DNA of 64,000 nt from Akkermansiaceae bacterium (GTDB lineage Bacteria; Verrucomicrobiota; Verrucomicrobiia; Verrucomicrobiales; Akkermansiaceae), in NCBI GenBank assembly GCA_947462835.1, contig CANHQM010000006.1, forward strand, positions 52,115 through 116,114, in the 5' to 3' direction. The notes beneath the pieces were generated by a model. It ran no database searches and was not told the origin of the DNA. It saw nothing but the letters and a program-made list of their open reading frames with translations. The position numbers and the translations under genes were made by a program. Below are positions 9,828 through 19,285 of the stretch, one piece after another. How positions within the stretch are numbered: position 1 is the stretch's first letter; each line of letters begins with the position of its first letter.

Positions 9828-11273
9828 ATGCGATTGATCCACCTCGCACTTTTCGCCATACTGGCAAACGCCGTTTTTGCCGCACCCTCCGATGTCTATA
9901 GCTCGGTCCTGCGCATCGAGGTCTCGACCCAGGTGCCCGACTATCAAACCCCATGGAACTCCGGCCGATTCGGTGGCGGCATCGGCACCGGTTTCATCAT
10001 CGGCAAAAACCGCATCCTCACCAACGCGCATGTGGTCTCCAACGCCCGCCGCGTGCTCATCACCGTGCACGGCAGCCCAGTGAAATACCCTGCCAAGGTC
10101 GAACACATCGCCCACGATTGCGATCTCGCCCTGCTCTCTGTCGAAAACTTCAAGGACTTCGAATCATTTCCCACATTCGCATTCGGCGATGTGCCAAGCC
10201 TCGAATCGGAAGTCCGCGTGATCGGCTACCCGATTGGCGGCGATCGCATCTCGGTCACTCGCGGCGTGGTCTCGCGCATCGACTTTCAAACTTACTCGCA
10301 CACCCGCGCCGACTCGCACCTTGCGATCCAGATCGATGCCGCCATCAACCCCGGCAACTCCGGTGGCCCCGTGATCCAAGGAGACAAGGTCATCGGCGTC
10401 GCCTTCCAAGGACTGCGCCAAGCCGACAACACCGGCTACATCATCCCCACTCCGGTCATCAAACGCTTCCTCAAGGACATCGATGACGGGAAATACGACC
10501 ACTATGTCGACCTCGGCTTTTCGGAATTTCCGCTTCACAACCCGGCCATGCGATCGGCACTTGGCTTGCCCGATGACGGCATTGGCGTGCTGGTCACCCG
10601 CGTGATCGCCACCAGCGCCAGTGACGGATTTCTCCAACCCGGCGATGTGATCACTGAACTCGATGGCTACAAGGTCGACAGCGCCGGCATGGTCAAAATC
10701 GATGGCGAAACGGTGAACCTCAACGAAATCTCCGAACGCAAATTCGCCGGCGATAAGGTCAAGGTCCGCTTCCTGCGCGAGGGAGCATGGAACGATGTGG
10801 AAATTTCTCTCAAAACGGTGCCGGCATCGCGCATGTATGCGATCGAGTATGAAAAAAATCCAAGATACATCGTCTTTGGCGGACTCGTCTTCCAACCACT
10901 CGACACAAACCTTTTCGCCTCGGCAAAATTTGACGATGTGACGGTGCGCCGACTCTACACGGACTACATGCCCAAGGGACTCTTCCAAAAACATCGCGAT
11001 GTGGTGATCCTCACCCGCGTCGAAAGCGATCCGATCACCAGCCAGTTGGGTGATTTCTCCGGCTTCGCGGTGGACAAAATCAACGGCGTCGAAGTCAACG
11101 ATTTGAAGCACGCCTACGATCTCCTTCATCCGGAAAAAGCGCCCGAGTTCCATGTGATCGAGCTCTTCGGCGCCGACAGGCCGGTGGTGATCCCCGCCGC
11201 AAAAATCACTGAGGCCGAGGCCCGCATCGCCAAGGCCTACGGCATCACCAAGATGGAAAACCTCACCGACTGA
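9828..11273 (+). CDS. secreted trypsin-like serine protease with PDZ domain (S1C, HtrA/Deg-like)
   Basis: Signal peptide MRLIHLALFAILANAVFA. Catalytic triad contexts TNAHVV, CDLALL and GNSGGPV. PDZ-like GDVITELDG. The start at 9828 was verified in frame. Confidence 0.8.
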   Translation: MRLIHLALFAILANAVFAAPSDVYSSVLRIEVSTQVPDYQTPWNSGRFGGGIGTGFIIGKNRILTNAHVVSNARRVLITVHGSPVKYPAKVEHIAHDCDLALLSVENFKDFESFPTFAFGDVPSLESEVRVIGYPIGGDRISVTRGVVSRIDFQTYSHTRADSHLAIQIDAAINPGNSGGPVIQGDKVIGVAFQGLRQADNTGYIIPTPVIKRFLKDIDDGKYDHYVDLGFSEFPLHNPAMRSALGLPDDGIGVLVTRVIATSASDGFLQPGDVITELDGYKVDSAGMVKIDGETVNLNEISERKFAGDKVKVRFLREGAWNDVEISLKTVPASRMYAIEYEKNPRYIVFGGLVFQPLDTNLFASAKFDDVTVRRLYTDYMPKGLFQKHRDVVILTRVESDPITSQLGDFSGFAVDKINGVEVNDLKHAYDLLHPEKAPEFHVIELFGADRPVVIPAAKITEAEARIAKAYGITKMENLTD

Positions 11274-11275
11274 CC

Positions 11276-11773
11276 ATGCCCCGCGCAGGCATCGCACTCG
11301 GGTCGAATCTCGGCGACCGCAAAGCGAACCTCATTGAGGCAATCCGGCTGCTTGGAGAAATAGCCCTTCAAAACGAGGCATTTCTCAAAGCCCCCGTTTA
11401 CCAAACCGAACCGCTTCATTGCCCGCCCGACTCGCCGGATTTTCTCAACACGGTGGCTGAATTCGGATTCAACGGCACTGCGGCGGAGCTTTTGGCACAC
11501 ACACGCGTGATCGAAAAATTCATGGGTCGCACGACCAATCCACAACGCAACGCACCGCGCGTGATCGATGTCGATATCCTCTATCTCGGCGATGAACAGT
11601 GCGACTCACCCGACCTCATTCTCCCTCACCCGCGACTGCATGAACGACGCTTTGTGCTTCAGCCATTGGCCGACATCAGGCCCGAGCTCGTTCTGCCAGG
11701 CCACTCGAAGTGCATCGCCAAGCTGCTCGATGAACTCAAAAGCGACGAAGCCCCGCTGGTCGCGATCGCTTGA
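11276..11773 (+). CDS. folK: 2-amino-4-hydroxy-6-hydroxymethyldihydropteridine diphosphokinase
   Basis: GSNLGDR, PRVIDVDILY and LPHPRLHERRFVLQPL motifs. Starts 2 nt after the protease stop. Confidence 0.88.
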   Translation: MPRAGIALGSNLGDRKANLIEAIRLLGEIALQNEAFLKAPVYQTEPLHCPPDSPDFLNTVAEFGFNGTAAELLAHTRVIEKFMGRTTNPQRNAPRVIDVDILYLGDEQCDSPDLILPHPRLHERRFVLQPLADIRPELVLPGHSKCIAKLLDELKSDEAPLVAIA

Positions 11774-11777
11774 TCAC

Positions 11778-12734
11778 TCAAGCCTTGCTCTCCCACTCGC
11801 CAAAGTTGCGGAACTTGTCGTAGCGGGCGTCGAGCAATTTTGAAACGCTCATCTTTTCCAGCTCATCCAAGTGCCGCGAAACGACATCGCGAAATGCGGC
11901 AGCCGTGGCCTGATGATCATGATGCGCGCCGCCTCTTGGCTCGGGCACCACATCATCGATGAGATCAAGTTTTTTGAGATCCGGCGCAACAAGCTTCATC
12001 GCCTCGGCAGCTTCCGGCGCGTGCTTGCGATGCTTCCACAAAATCGCGGCGCATCCCTCGGGGCTGATCACCGAATAATAAGCGTTCTCGAGCATGATGA
12101 CGCGATCCGCGACACCGATTCCCAAGGCACCACCGGATCCACCCTCGCCGAGCACGACTGCCACAATCGGCACCTTGAGCAGCATCATTTCCCTGAGGTT
12201 GAACGCGATCGCCTCGGCGATGTTGCGCTCCTCAGCGCCGATTCCTGGAAATGCACCCGGCGTGTCGATCAACGCAATCACCGGCAAGCCGAATTTCTCG
12301 GCCAGCTTCATCAGGCGAAGCGCTTTGCGATAACCCTCGGGATGCGCGCTGCCAAAATTGCGCTTGAGGTTCTCTTTGGTGTCACGGCCTTTCTGGTGTC
12401 CAATCACCACCACCCGCCGATCTCCCAACCGCGCAAATCCGCCGGGCATCGAAGCGTCATCACCAATGTGACGGTCGCCGTGCAACTCGCAGAAATCGGT
12501 GAAGGCATGCGCGAGATAATCCAACATGAAAGGACGCGAAGTGTGACGCGCAATCTGTACGCGCTGCCATGGGGTCAGATTTTCATAAATCCGTGCGCGT
12601 GTCTCCGCGAGCTTCGATTCCATGGTGGAAATCTCGGCCGAAAGATCGATGTCTTGGGAGGCCGCTTTGGCGCGAAGTTTTTCCAGTTCGCGCTCAAGTT
12701 CCGCTGCCGGCTTTTCGAAGTCGAGGAGCTGCAT
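11778..12734 (-). CDS. accA: acetyl-CoA carboxylase carboxyltransferase alpha subunit
   Basis: Starts MQLLDFEKPAAELE. Carries blocks IDTPGAFPG, EERNIAEAIA and GEGGSGGALG. ATG at 12734 verified. The 439-aa ORF to 13097 is an over-extension that overlaps the next gene. Confidence 0.9.
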   Translation of the reverse strand: MQLLDFEKPAAELERELEKLRAKAASQDIDLSAEISTMESKLAETRARIYENLTPWQRVQIARHTSRPFMLDYLAHAFTDFCELHGDRHIGDDASMPGGFARLGDRRVVVIGHQKGRDTKENLKRNFGSAHPEGYRKALRLMKLAEKFGLPVIALIDTPGAFPGIGAEERNIAEAIAFNLREMMLLKVPIVAVVLGEGGSGGALGIGVADRVIMLENAYYSVISPEGCAAILWKHRKHAPEAAEAMKLVAPDLKKLDLIDDVVPEPRGGAHHDHQATAAAFRDVVSRHLDELEKMSVSKLLDARYDKFRNFGEWESKA

Positions 12735-12793
12735 GGGCGAAGTTTCGCGACTCAATGCCGCGGATGCAAGACAGGATGTGCCGCCACCGAAGA

Positions 12794-13681
12794 TCAGCGG
12801 ATTTCCATTTCGTTGCCCGGGCGGGTCAGCAGAAAAAGTTCCTCCATGTCGGCACTCGCGAGCAACACCGCACCCTCCGGCGGATCCCCCTCGCCATCCC
12901 AGCCCTGAATCTTGAGCGCCGGCCGGGCGAGCCAGATGGCCTTGGTCGCCGACCTGTACTCGGCCGTGCCAACACGCGACTTCAAATCGGACGAACCGGC
13001 GACCTTGGATTCGATGAAATACCCACCGCGCTGACGCGACAGCCTGTCGACAAGTTGCAAAACCGCGAACTCGCAGACAAATCGCCCGCCATTCCATACC
13101 GAAATCGCCTTTCTCTCGATCTCCAAAACAAAATGGAAATCCAAAGGCAGGACCAACAACCTCTCACCCTCCTTGTGGCGCCATAAATCCATGGATGGAT
13201 TGAGGTACAAAAGGCAATCCAAGTTGCTCCGGCATTTTTCCGCTGCCTGCTCGTGTGTCTCGCCGCGCTGCATGTAATGGAAAACCTTGCCTTCAAGTCG
13301 CCCGACCGAAAACAGCTCGTCGAGATTCATCTCGCCCACGATCTTCCTCGCCGATTGCGCCCTGCCGGACATGGGATGATTGGCAATGATCATGCCAAGT
13401 TTCTCCCGGGCCTCAACATGCTTTCCATCGGCCATCAGGCGCTGCGCCGCATCGTAAAACTGATCGCCCGGATCAATCACCGGCACATTTTTAGCGGCCA
13501 CCACCGCCGCCAATTTTTCCGATGCTCGCTCGGCCGCAATCCGCTCATTGACGGGGACCACCCTTTCAAACAAGCCGCCAAGAGGTTCGACAAAAGCGTG
13601 ATAGGCAAGAGCTCCGCTGAATGCAACGAGACCCATCACGAGCACTGCCGCGCTTGCCTTGCATAGGGTCCCAATGGTCAT
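12794..13681 (-). CDS. membrane-anchored LysM-like / YkuD-like protein lacking the catalytic Cys (putative pseudo-L,D-transpeptidase)
   Basis: N-terminal TM AAVLVMGLVAFSGALAY. LysM-like VFHYMQRGETHEQAAEKC...LLVLP. The C-terminal KIQGWDGEGDPPEGAVLLASADMEELFLLTRPGNEMEI aligns by eye to IHGT...SHGCIRL..D..EL....G..V.I, with His to Gln and Cys to Ala. Confidence 0.4.
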   Translation of the reverse strand: MTIGTLCKASAAVLVMGLVAFSGALAYHAFVEPLGGLFERVVPVNERIAAERASEKLAAVVAAKNVPVIDPGDQFYDAAQRLMADGKHVEAREKLGMIIANHPMSGRAQSARKIVGEMNLDELFSVGRLEGKVFHYMQRGETHEQAAEKCRSNLDCLLYLNPSMDLWRHKEGERLLVLPLDFHFVLEIERKAISVWNGGRFVCEFAVLQLVDRLSRQRGGYFIESKVAGSSDLKSRVGTAEYRSATKAIWLARPALKIQGWDGEGDPPEGAVLLASADMEELFLLTRPGNEMEIR

Positions 13682-13692
13682 CGTCGCTGCTT

Positions 13693-14229
13693 TCAGATCA
13701 GTCCACGCCGCTTGAAATCGAACGCGTTGATCTCATGCGAGCGCTGGATCATCTCGAACGAAAATTTCAGAATCGACACCTCCCACGCATCATCCACCCC
13801 TTCGATTATCGCCCGCGAGGGATTACCCGTGCGACGGATGTCCTCCATCACGCGCTCGCGCACGGCATCAATGTGGTCGCACACGATTTCCTCGTGCACC
13901 GCGCTGCGGCGAAAATGAAACCCATACTGCAAAAATGCCAAATCCCTCCCCTGCGAGCGGAACTTCTCGACCATTTCGTCAAACCTCTCGCGCGCGCTGG
14001 AATCAAAACCCTCAAGTTGAATGTCCCGCAACGCCTCCGGCTTGAGAATCCGCGGCCGCTGGGCCTCCACCTCACCGGTGCGGATCCGCACCTCGCCGGC
14101 CCGGTCCATCAACTCGCTGATAAGCTGAAACTCAAATCGCGTCTCGCCGAAGGTCATGATCCGGTGATCCGGCTCACGCAAAACTTTCGTCGTTTCAAGC
14201 GCGTATTGAATGTCGTCCCGCGAATGCAT
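13693..14229 (-). CDS. hypothetical cytoplasmic protein (178 aa), family not recognised
   Basis: Clean ORF with coding-like composition, same strand as and 11 nt upstream of the next gene. No motif recognised. Confidence 0.5.
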   Translation of the reverse strand: MHSRDDIQYALETTKVLREPDHRIMTFGETRFEFQLISELMDRAGEVRIRTGEVEAQRPRILKPEALRDIQLEGFDSSARERFDEMVEKFRSQGRDLAFLQYGFHFRRSAVHEEIVCDHIDAVRERVMEDIRRTGNPSRAIIEGVDDAWEVSILKFSFEMIQRSHEINAFDFKRRGLI

Positions 14230-14261
14230 GGCAAGATGATGATCGGCTGACTTGGGAGATT

Positions 14262-14309
14262 TTCAACGAAAACAACAAGGGCGGACACCACGAAGGAGCC
14301 CGCCCTTGG
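14262..14309 (-). terminator. rho-independent terminator downstream of acpP
   Basis: Stem CAAGGGCGG (14276-14284) pairs with CCGCCCTTG (14300-14308). On the minus strand it is followed by TTGTTGTTTTCG. Confidence 0.6.
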
Positions 14310-14329
14310 AAATTGTTGCAAGTGGCGGA

Positions 14330-14572
14330 TCAGCCCTGCTGGCTGTTGATGTAGCTGATGACATCGGAAACGGCCTGAAGCTTCTCGGCTTCTTCATCCG
14401 GCACTTCGATATCGAATTCCTCTTCAAAGGCCATCACCAGTTCAACCGTGTCGAGCGAGTCGGCTCCGAGGTCTTCAACGAATTTGGCCTCTGGGGTGAC
14501 TTGGTCGGCGTTGACGCCGAGCTGGTCGACGATGATGTCCTTTACACGGTCTTCGATGCTTTTGTCTGACAT
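14330..14572 (-). CDS. acpP: acyl carrier protein
   Basis: [20 protein letters not shown] contains the phosphopantetheine-attachment DSLD motif. 80 aa. Confidence 0.93.
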   Translation of the reverse strand: MSDKSIEDRVKDIIVDQLGVNADQVTPEAKFVEDLGADSLDTVELVMAFEEEFDIEVPDEEAEKLQAVSDVISYINSQQG

Positions 14573-14680
14573 GGTTGGGGTGGTTGGAGTTGGAGTTGGA
14601 GATGCTTAGTGTCTTAGGGTCGGGCTTGGCAACCCATAAAATGAAAACTGATAGCGATTTCGGTGATTGACTTGGCTAGC

Positions 14681-15505
14681 TCAGGAATTTTCCGACTTTT
14701 CCTCTGGCAAATCTGCCTGCTCCGACGCCACGGCGTAGTCGACAATCTCACCGGAAAATTTCGAACGGATCAATTTCATCAGGCGCTCGGCGGGTTCGTC
14801 CTGGGCAAGGTTGAATCCGCCATAGGTGAGGCCATCGATCCGGATCTTGCCTTGGCCGGACTCACCCTCGTAATCGATGAAGGCCAATCCCTTGCTGGCC
14901 CATTTGCGCAAATCGAGGCGTTTCATCGCGGCATAGGAAATCTTTTTGCCCTGCTGCGATCTCACACCCTCATCGTCGCCCTCAATCCTGCGCGACATGG
15001 TGCGCAGGAAAATGAAGATCGCCACCAAGGTAAGCCCGATGCAGATCCAGAACACCACCCATTGCTCATGGATTTTTCCAGCATCGTACGGCTGCTCGGG
15101 CGGATTGGAGCTCAGCCCCTCCTTGCCGGAATACTCGAGCCATAGCTTGTTCCACTGCATCGGCAGCATTTTGTCGTAATCATGCAGAACCACAGGCCAG
15201 GGCATCGGCAGTTTCAGATTTGCAGGCAATGTCGAATGGTCGCTGGGAAACTGAACCGATTGCTTCGCGGCATGCTCTTTCCACGATTCCGGCGTCAGCC
15301 CGCCCTTCGCCTTCATCGAAGCAAACTGCTCATTGGCGGTTTGGAAATTCCGATGAAGGAAATAGACCATGTTTTTCTCACGGTAGCCGGTGGAACCATC
15401 GATGAAAAACAACACCGCGAACACCACCAACATCAAAAGGATCAGCGAGACCCGCGAGATGAACCAGCGAGTCGGCTTGCACACGATCGGCAATTCATTC
15501 CTCAT
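14681..15505 (-). CDS. two-TM membrane protein, function unknown
   Basis: TM segments VSLILLMLVVFAVLFFI and WVVFWICIGLTLVAIFIFL plus a soluble C-terminal domain. No recognised catalytic motif. Confidence 0.5.
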   Translation of the reverse strand: MRNELPIVCKPTRWFISRVSLILLMLVVFAVLFFIDGSTGYREKNMVYFLHRNFQTANEQFASMKAKGGLTPESWKEHAAKQSVQFPSDHSTLPANLKLPMPWPVVLHDYDKMLPMQWNKLWLEYSGKEGLSSNPPEQPYDAGKIHEQWVVFWICIGLTLVAIFIFLRTMSRRIEGDDEGVRSQQGKKISYAAMKRLDLRKWASKGLAFIDYEGESGQGKIRIDGLTYGGFNLAQDEPAERLMKLIRSKFSGEIVDYAVASEQADLPEEKSENS

Positions 15506-15646
15506 GCAAAAGATTTAGACTGCCAAACTGATGCCTTGGCAAGCGAAACGGTTTAGAAGAGTTTTGGCTTTTTTGAGAGTTTTTTGGGATTTTTCATACG
15601 ATTACCGCTTGTTCAAAGCCTGTGGGTCGTTTACGGAGACCCCGCC

Positions 15647-16678
15647 ATGCCTATCGCTACACCTGCCCAATACCGTGCCATGTTGGATGCCGCCCAAAAA
15701 GGTGGCTATGCCTACCCCGCGATCAATGTCACATCGATCACGACCATCAACGGCGCACTCCGCGCATTCTCCGAAGCCAAGTCCGACGGCATCATCCAAA
15801 TTTCCACCGGTGGTGGTGAATTCGCCTCCGGCACTGCCGTGAAGGACGCCGCCTACGGTGCCATCGTGCTCGCCGAAGCCGCCCACCTGCTCGCCGAAAA
15901 ATACGATGTGCTCATCGCCCTGCACACCGACCACTGCCATCCGAAGAAGGTCGATCCCTTCCTTCGCCCGCTGCTCGAAGCATCCAAGAAACGCATCGCC
16001 GCAGGCAAAGGTCCGCTTTTCCAAAGCCACATGCTCGACGCCTCCGAGTTGCCGCTCGCCGAAAACCTCGATCTCTCGAAGAAGCTTCTCAAGGAATGCG
16101 CCGAACTCGACATCATCCTCGAAGTCGAAGCCGGCGTGGTCGGTGGCGAAGAAGATGGTCACGATACCTCGGGCGTTCCCGCTGAAAAACTTTACACCAC
16201 CCCCGAAGACATGGTCGCCGTCTACGAGGCTCTACAGCCGATCGGCCGCTTCTTATTTGCCGCAACCTTCGGCAATGTTCACGGCGCTTACAAACCCGGC
16301 GCGGTGAAACTCAAACCCACGATCCTGCGCGATGGCCAAAAGGCCGTCATGGACAAACACGGCGCAGGCGCCGAAATGGACCTCGTTTTCCACGGCGGAT
16401 CCGGCTCCGAACTTTCGGAGATCCGCGAGACCCTCGACTACGGCGTGGTGAAAATGAACATCGACACCGACACGCAATACGCGTTCACACGCCCGATCGT
16501 CACCCACATCTGCCAAAACATCGAAGGCGTGCTCAAGATCGATGGCGAAGTCGGCGACAAGAAAAATTACGATCCGCGTTCGTATCTCAAAAAGGCCGAA
16601 GCCGGTCTTTGCGATCGCATGAAAACCGCCTGCGACGACCTGCGTTCTACGGGGCGCTCGATCTTCGGAACGGTTTGA
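15647..16678 (+). CDS. fba: fructose-bisphosphate aldolase, class II
   Basis: MPIATPAQYRAMLDAA..YAYPAINV start, HTDHC zinc-site block, FHGGSGS and MNIDTDTQ blocks. ATG at 15647 verified in frame. Confidence 0.9.
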   Translation: MPIATPAQYRAMLDAAQKGGYAYPAINVTSITTINGALRAFSEAKSDGIIQISTGGGEFASGTAVKDAAYGAIVLAEAAHLLAEKYDVLIALHTDHCHPKKVDPFLRPLLEASKKRIAAGKGPLFQSHMLDASELPLAENLDLSKKLLKECAELDIILEVEAGVVGGEEDGHDTSGVPAEKLYTTPEDMVAVYEALQPIGRFLFAATFGNVHGAYKPGAVKLKPTILRDGQKAVMDKHGAGAEMDLVFHGGSGSELSEIRETLDYGVVKMNIDTDTQYAFTRPIVTHICQNIEGVLKIDGEVGDKKNYDPRSYLKKAEAGLCDRMKTACDDLRSTGRSIFGTV

Positions 16679-16688
16679 ACCACTCATC

Positions 16689-16726
16689 AACAAGGCGGCC
16701 CCATGGCGGGGCCGCCTTGTTTTTTG
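16689..16726 (+). terminator. rho-independent terminator after fba
   Basis: Perfect 14-bp stem AACAAGGCGGCCCC / GGGGCCGCCTTGTT with a 5-nt loop, followed by TTTTG. Confidence 0.8.
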
Positions 16727-16752
16727 TAACCCATACCGCTAAGGCTTAACCC

Positions 16753-17529
16753 ATGGCCGCCAACAAAGATCATCAAGAGCACCCGCTGGCCAATATTCTG
16801 GTGAATGTGCTGATTCCGGTGCTTGCTCTCAGTTATTTGAGCAAAGACCCGGAGTTCCAGCGTGCCATTGGCAAGGCCGTCCAGCCTTGGCACATCGGCC
16901 CCGTCAAGGCGCTCATGGTCGCGTTGGCATTTCCCATCGCCTACGGCATCCGCCATTTCATCAAAACCCGCAAAGCCAATTTCTTTTCGGCGCTTGGTTT
17001 GGTTTCGGTTCTGCTGACTGGCGGACTCACCATATTCCTCTGGAACGAAGACGGCACCATCAAGCCGAATGCCGATGTGCTTTTCGGACTCAAAGAAGCG
17101 TCCATTCCACTTATTCTTGGAATCGCGGTGATCGGATCACACTTCACCTCAACTCCACTACTCCGCACCTTTCTCTACAGCGACACGATGTTCGACATCA
17201 CCCGCATCGAAAAAGAAATCGACGCCAAAAACGCCCGGGCTGGATACGAAAAAATCATATTCCAAGCGACCCTGCTCTTCGCGGCATCATTTTTCATCAG
17301 CACGCTGCTCAATTTCGGTCTCGCCCTGTATTTTCTCGGCGGCCTCGACCACACCGCCGCCAATGCCCGCGAGCTCTACAACGAGCAAGTCGCAAAACTG
17401 ACCGGCTGGGGTTTCGCGGTTATTGGTCTGCCAATTCTTGTTTTCCTCTTCATCACGCTGCGCCGCATGATCACCCAACTCTCGAAGCTCACCGGCCTCA
17501 AAGAGGAAGAGATCATGCTGCCTCGCTGA
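16753..17529 (+). CDS. multi-pass inner-membrane protein, function unknown
   Basis: At least five hydrophobic segments over 258 aa. Family not confidently recognised. Confidence 0.5.
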   Translation: MAANKDHQEHPLANILVNVLIPVLALSYLSKDPEFQRAIGKAVQPWHIGPVKALMVALAFPIAYGIRHFIKTRKANFFSALGLVSVLLTGGLTIFLWNEDGTIKPNADVLFGLKEASIPLILGIAVIGSHFTSTPLLRTFLYSDTMFDITRIEKEIDAKNARAGYEKIIFQATLLFAASFFISTLLNFGLALYFLGGLDHTAANARELYNEQVAKLTGWGFAVIGLPILVFLFITLRRMITQLSKLTGLKEEEIMLPR

Positions 17530-17611
17530 CAGCGCGTTTGGCCGGACGAAACAACACGGGTGACGCTTGCAACACGCCAGCACTGGCGAGAAATGCCACA
17601 CCGCATATTCA

Positions 17612-17639
17612 TTGCATTGCCCTTCTCTCGCGCTAAAAT
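17612..17639 (+). promoter_or_regulatory. sigma70-like promoter candidate immediately upstream of coaC
   Basis: TTGCAT (17612-17617), a 16-nt spacer, then TAAAAT (17634-17639). The GTG start is at 17646, so a transcript from this promoter would be essentially leaderless. Confidence 0.3.
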
Positions 17640-17645
17640 GAATCC

Positions 17646-18182
17646 GTGAACATCGTCCTCGGCATCTCCGGCTCGATCGCCGCATACAAGGCGGCCGACC
17701 TCGCCTCACAACTGGTCAAGCAAGGCCACACGGTCCATGCGGTCATGACCCGTTCCGCGACGGAGTTCATCACTCCCCTCACGCTCCAAACCCTCACGCG
17801 TCATCCGGTGCTCGTTTCGCTCGAGGACGAAAAAAATTCCTGGAAACCCGGTCACATCGAGCTCGCCGACAAGGCCGACCTCCTTCTGCTCGCACCAGCA
17901 TCGGCCAACCTGCTCGGCCAACTCGCCAACGGACTTGCGCCCGATCCGCTCACCTCGGTCTACCTCGCCTTGCCGCGCAGCACTCCGGTGCTGGTCGCCC
18001 CCGCGATGAACGGCAAAATGTGGCAGCACCCTGCGACTCAACGTAATGTCACGCAGTTGAAAGAGGACGGATGCCAATTCATCGATCCCGCGGAGGGCGA
18101 GCTCGCCTGCGGCTACGAAGGCATCGGCCGATTGGCCGCCGTCGAGGACATCCTCGCCCGTGTCGCGACGATCGCATCCTGA
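17646..18182 (+). CDS. coaC: phosphopantothenoylcysteine decarboxylase (stand-alone CoaC flavoprotein half)
   Basis: GISGSIAAYKA, TPLTLQTLT, APASANLLGQLANGLA, APAMNGKMW and ACGYEGIGR blocks match the N-terminal half of CoaBC. At 178 aa there is no CoaB domain. GTG start, with an in-frame TAA at 17634. Confidence 0.8.
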   Translation: MNIVLGISGSIAAYKAADLASQLVKQGHTVHAVMTRSATEFITPLTLQTLTRHPVLVSLEDEKNSWKPGHIELADKADLLLLAPASANLLGQLANGLAPDPLTSVYLALPRSTPVLVAPAMNGKMWQHPATQRNVTQLKEDGCQFIDPAEGELACGYEGIGRLAAVEDILARVATIAS

Positions 18183-18281
18183 GCTCGAGCCGCCGCCTCT
18201 CGCGCAAACCAAGTTTTTTGCGCAAAGTTTTCCCATCCCATCGCTTTGCAGGTTGCGGGAACCAACCGGCATGGCACACTC

Positions 18282-19280
18282 ATGGCACCATCACTCATGA
18301 ATCCAGAAGATCTACAAAAGCAAATTCAGGAAACCAGCCCGTGGATCCAGTCGGTCCGCGATGAAATGGCACAGGTCCTCGTCGGCCAAAGCCAGCTTGT
18401 CGACCGCCTCCTGATCGGACTCCTTTGCAACGGCCACATTCTGCTCGAAGGTGTTCCCGGCTTGGCCAAAACGCTCGCAGTGAAAGCACTCTCCGGTTCG
18501 CTCTCGACCACCTTCTCGCGCTTCCAATTCACGCCCGACCTCCTCCCTGCCGACCTCGTCGGCACGATGGTCTATCACCCGCAAATCACGAAGTTCGAGC
18601 CGAAGCTCGGCCCGATCTTCAACAACCTCATCCTCGCAGATGAAATCAACCGCGCTCCGGCCAAAGTGCAATCCGCCTTGCTCGAAGCGATGCAGGAACG
18701 CCAAGTCACACTCGGCGACAAATCCTACCCGCTGCCCGAGCCATTTCTCGTACTCGCCACCCAAAACCCGATCGACCAAGAAGGAACCTATCAACTCCCC
18801 GAAGCGCAACTCGATCGCTTCCTGCTCAAGGTGACCGTCGGCTATCCAACCAAAGACGAGGAACTCGCGATTCTCGAACGCATGGCGACTTCGACCAAGC
18901 CCTACGAAACCCAACCGGTCGCCACACCCGCCCAAATCGCTGCCGCACGTGACACGGTAAACCACATCCACATCGACCCGGCGATTCGCAAGTACATCGT
19001 GCAAATCATCCACACGACACGCTTCCCCTCAATCGTCGACGCAGGCCTCAAAAACCTCGTCCGCGCCGGTGCTTCACCACGCGGCACGATCAACCTTGCC
19101 CTCACCGCCCGCGCCCTCGCCTTCATGAACGGCCGAGGCTTCGTCACACCGCAGGATGTGAAGGACATGGCAGCCGATGTGCTTCGCCACCGCATTCTCC
19201 TCAGCTACGAGGCAGAGGCCGAAGAGGTCAGTGCCGACTCAATCATCGAACGCATCATGTCCAAGGTGCCGGTGCCCTGA
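18282..19280 (+). CDS. MoxR-family AAA+ ATPase
   Basis: LLEGVPGLAKT Walker A, ILADEINRAPAKVQSALLEAMQE Walker B region and ATQNP block. First gene of the Bat-type operon. Confidence 0.88.
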   Translation: MAPSLMNPEDLQKQIQETSPWIQSVRDEMAQVLVGQSQLVDRLLIGLLCNGHILLEGVPGLAKTLAVKALSGSLSTTFSRFQFTPDLLPADLVGTMVYHPQITKFEPKLGPIFNNLILADEINRAPAKVQSALLEAMQERQVTLGDKSYPLPEPFLVLATQNPIDQEGTYQLPEAQLDRFLLKVTVGYPTKDEELAILERMATSTKPYETQPVATPAQIAAARDTVNHIHIDPAIRKYIVQIIHTTRFPSIVDAGLKNLVRAGASPRGTINLALTARALAFMNGRGFVTPQDVKDMAADVLRHRILLSYEAEAEEVSADSIIERIMSKVPVP

Positions 19281-19285
19281 TCATC

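Noticed and set aside
10164-11297. 377-aa ORF antisense to the HtrA-like protease
   Set aside because: This is a shadow ORF. The opposite strand carries an intact catalytic triad and a PDZ domain, and this frame is a low-complexity Asp/Gly/Val/Ala read-through.
12735-13097. 121-aa N-terminal extension of accA
   Set aside because: The extension overlaps the 3' end of the upstream gene and is Gly/Arg-rich. Conserved AccA sequence begins at MQLLDFEKP (12734).
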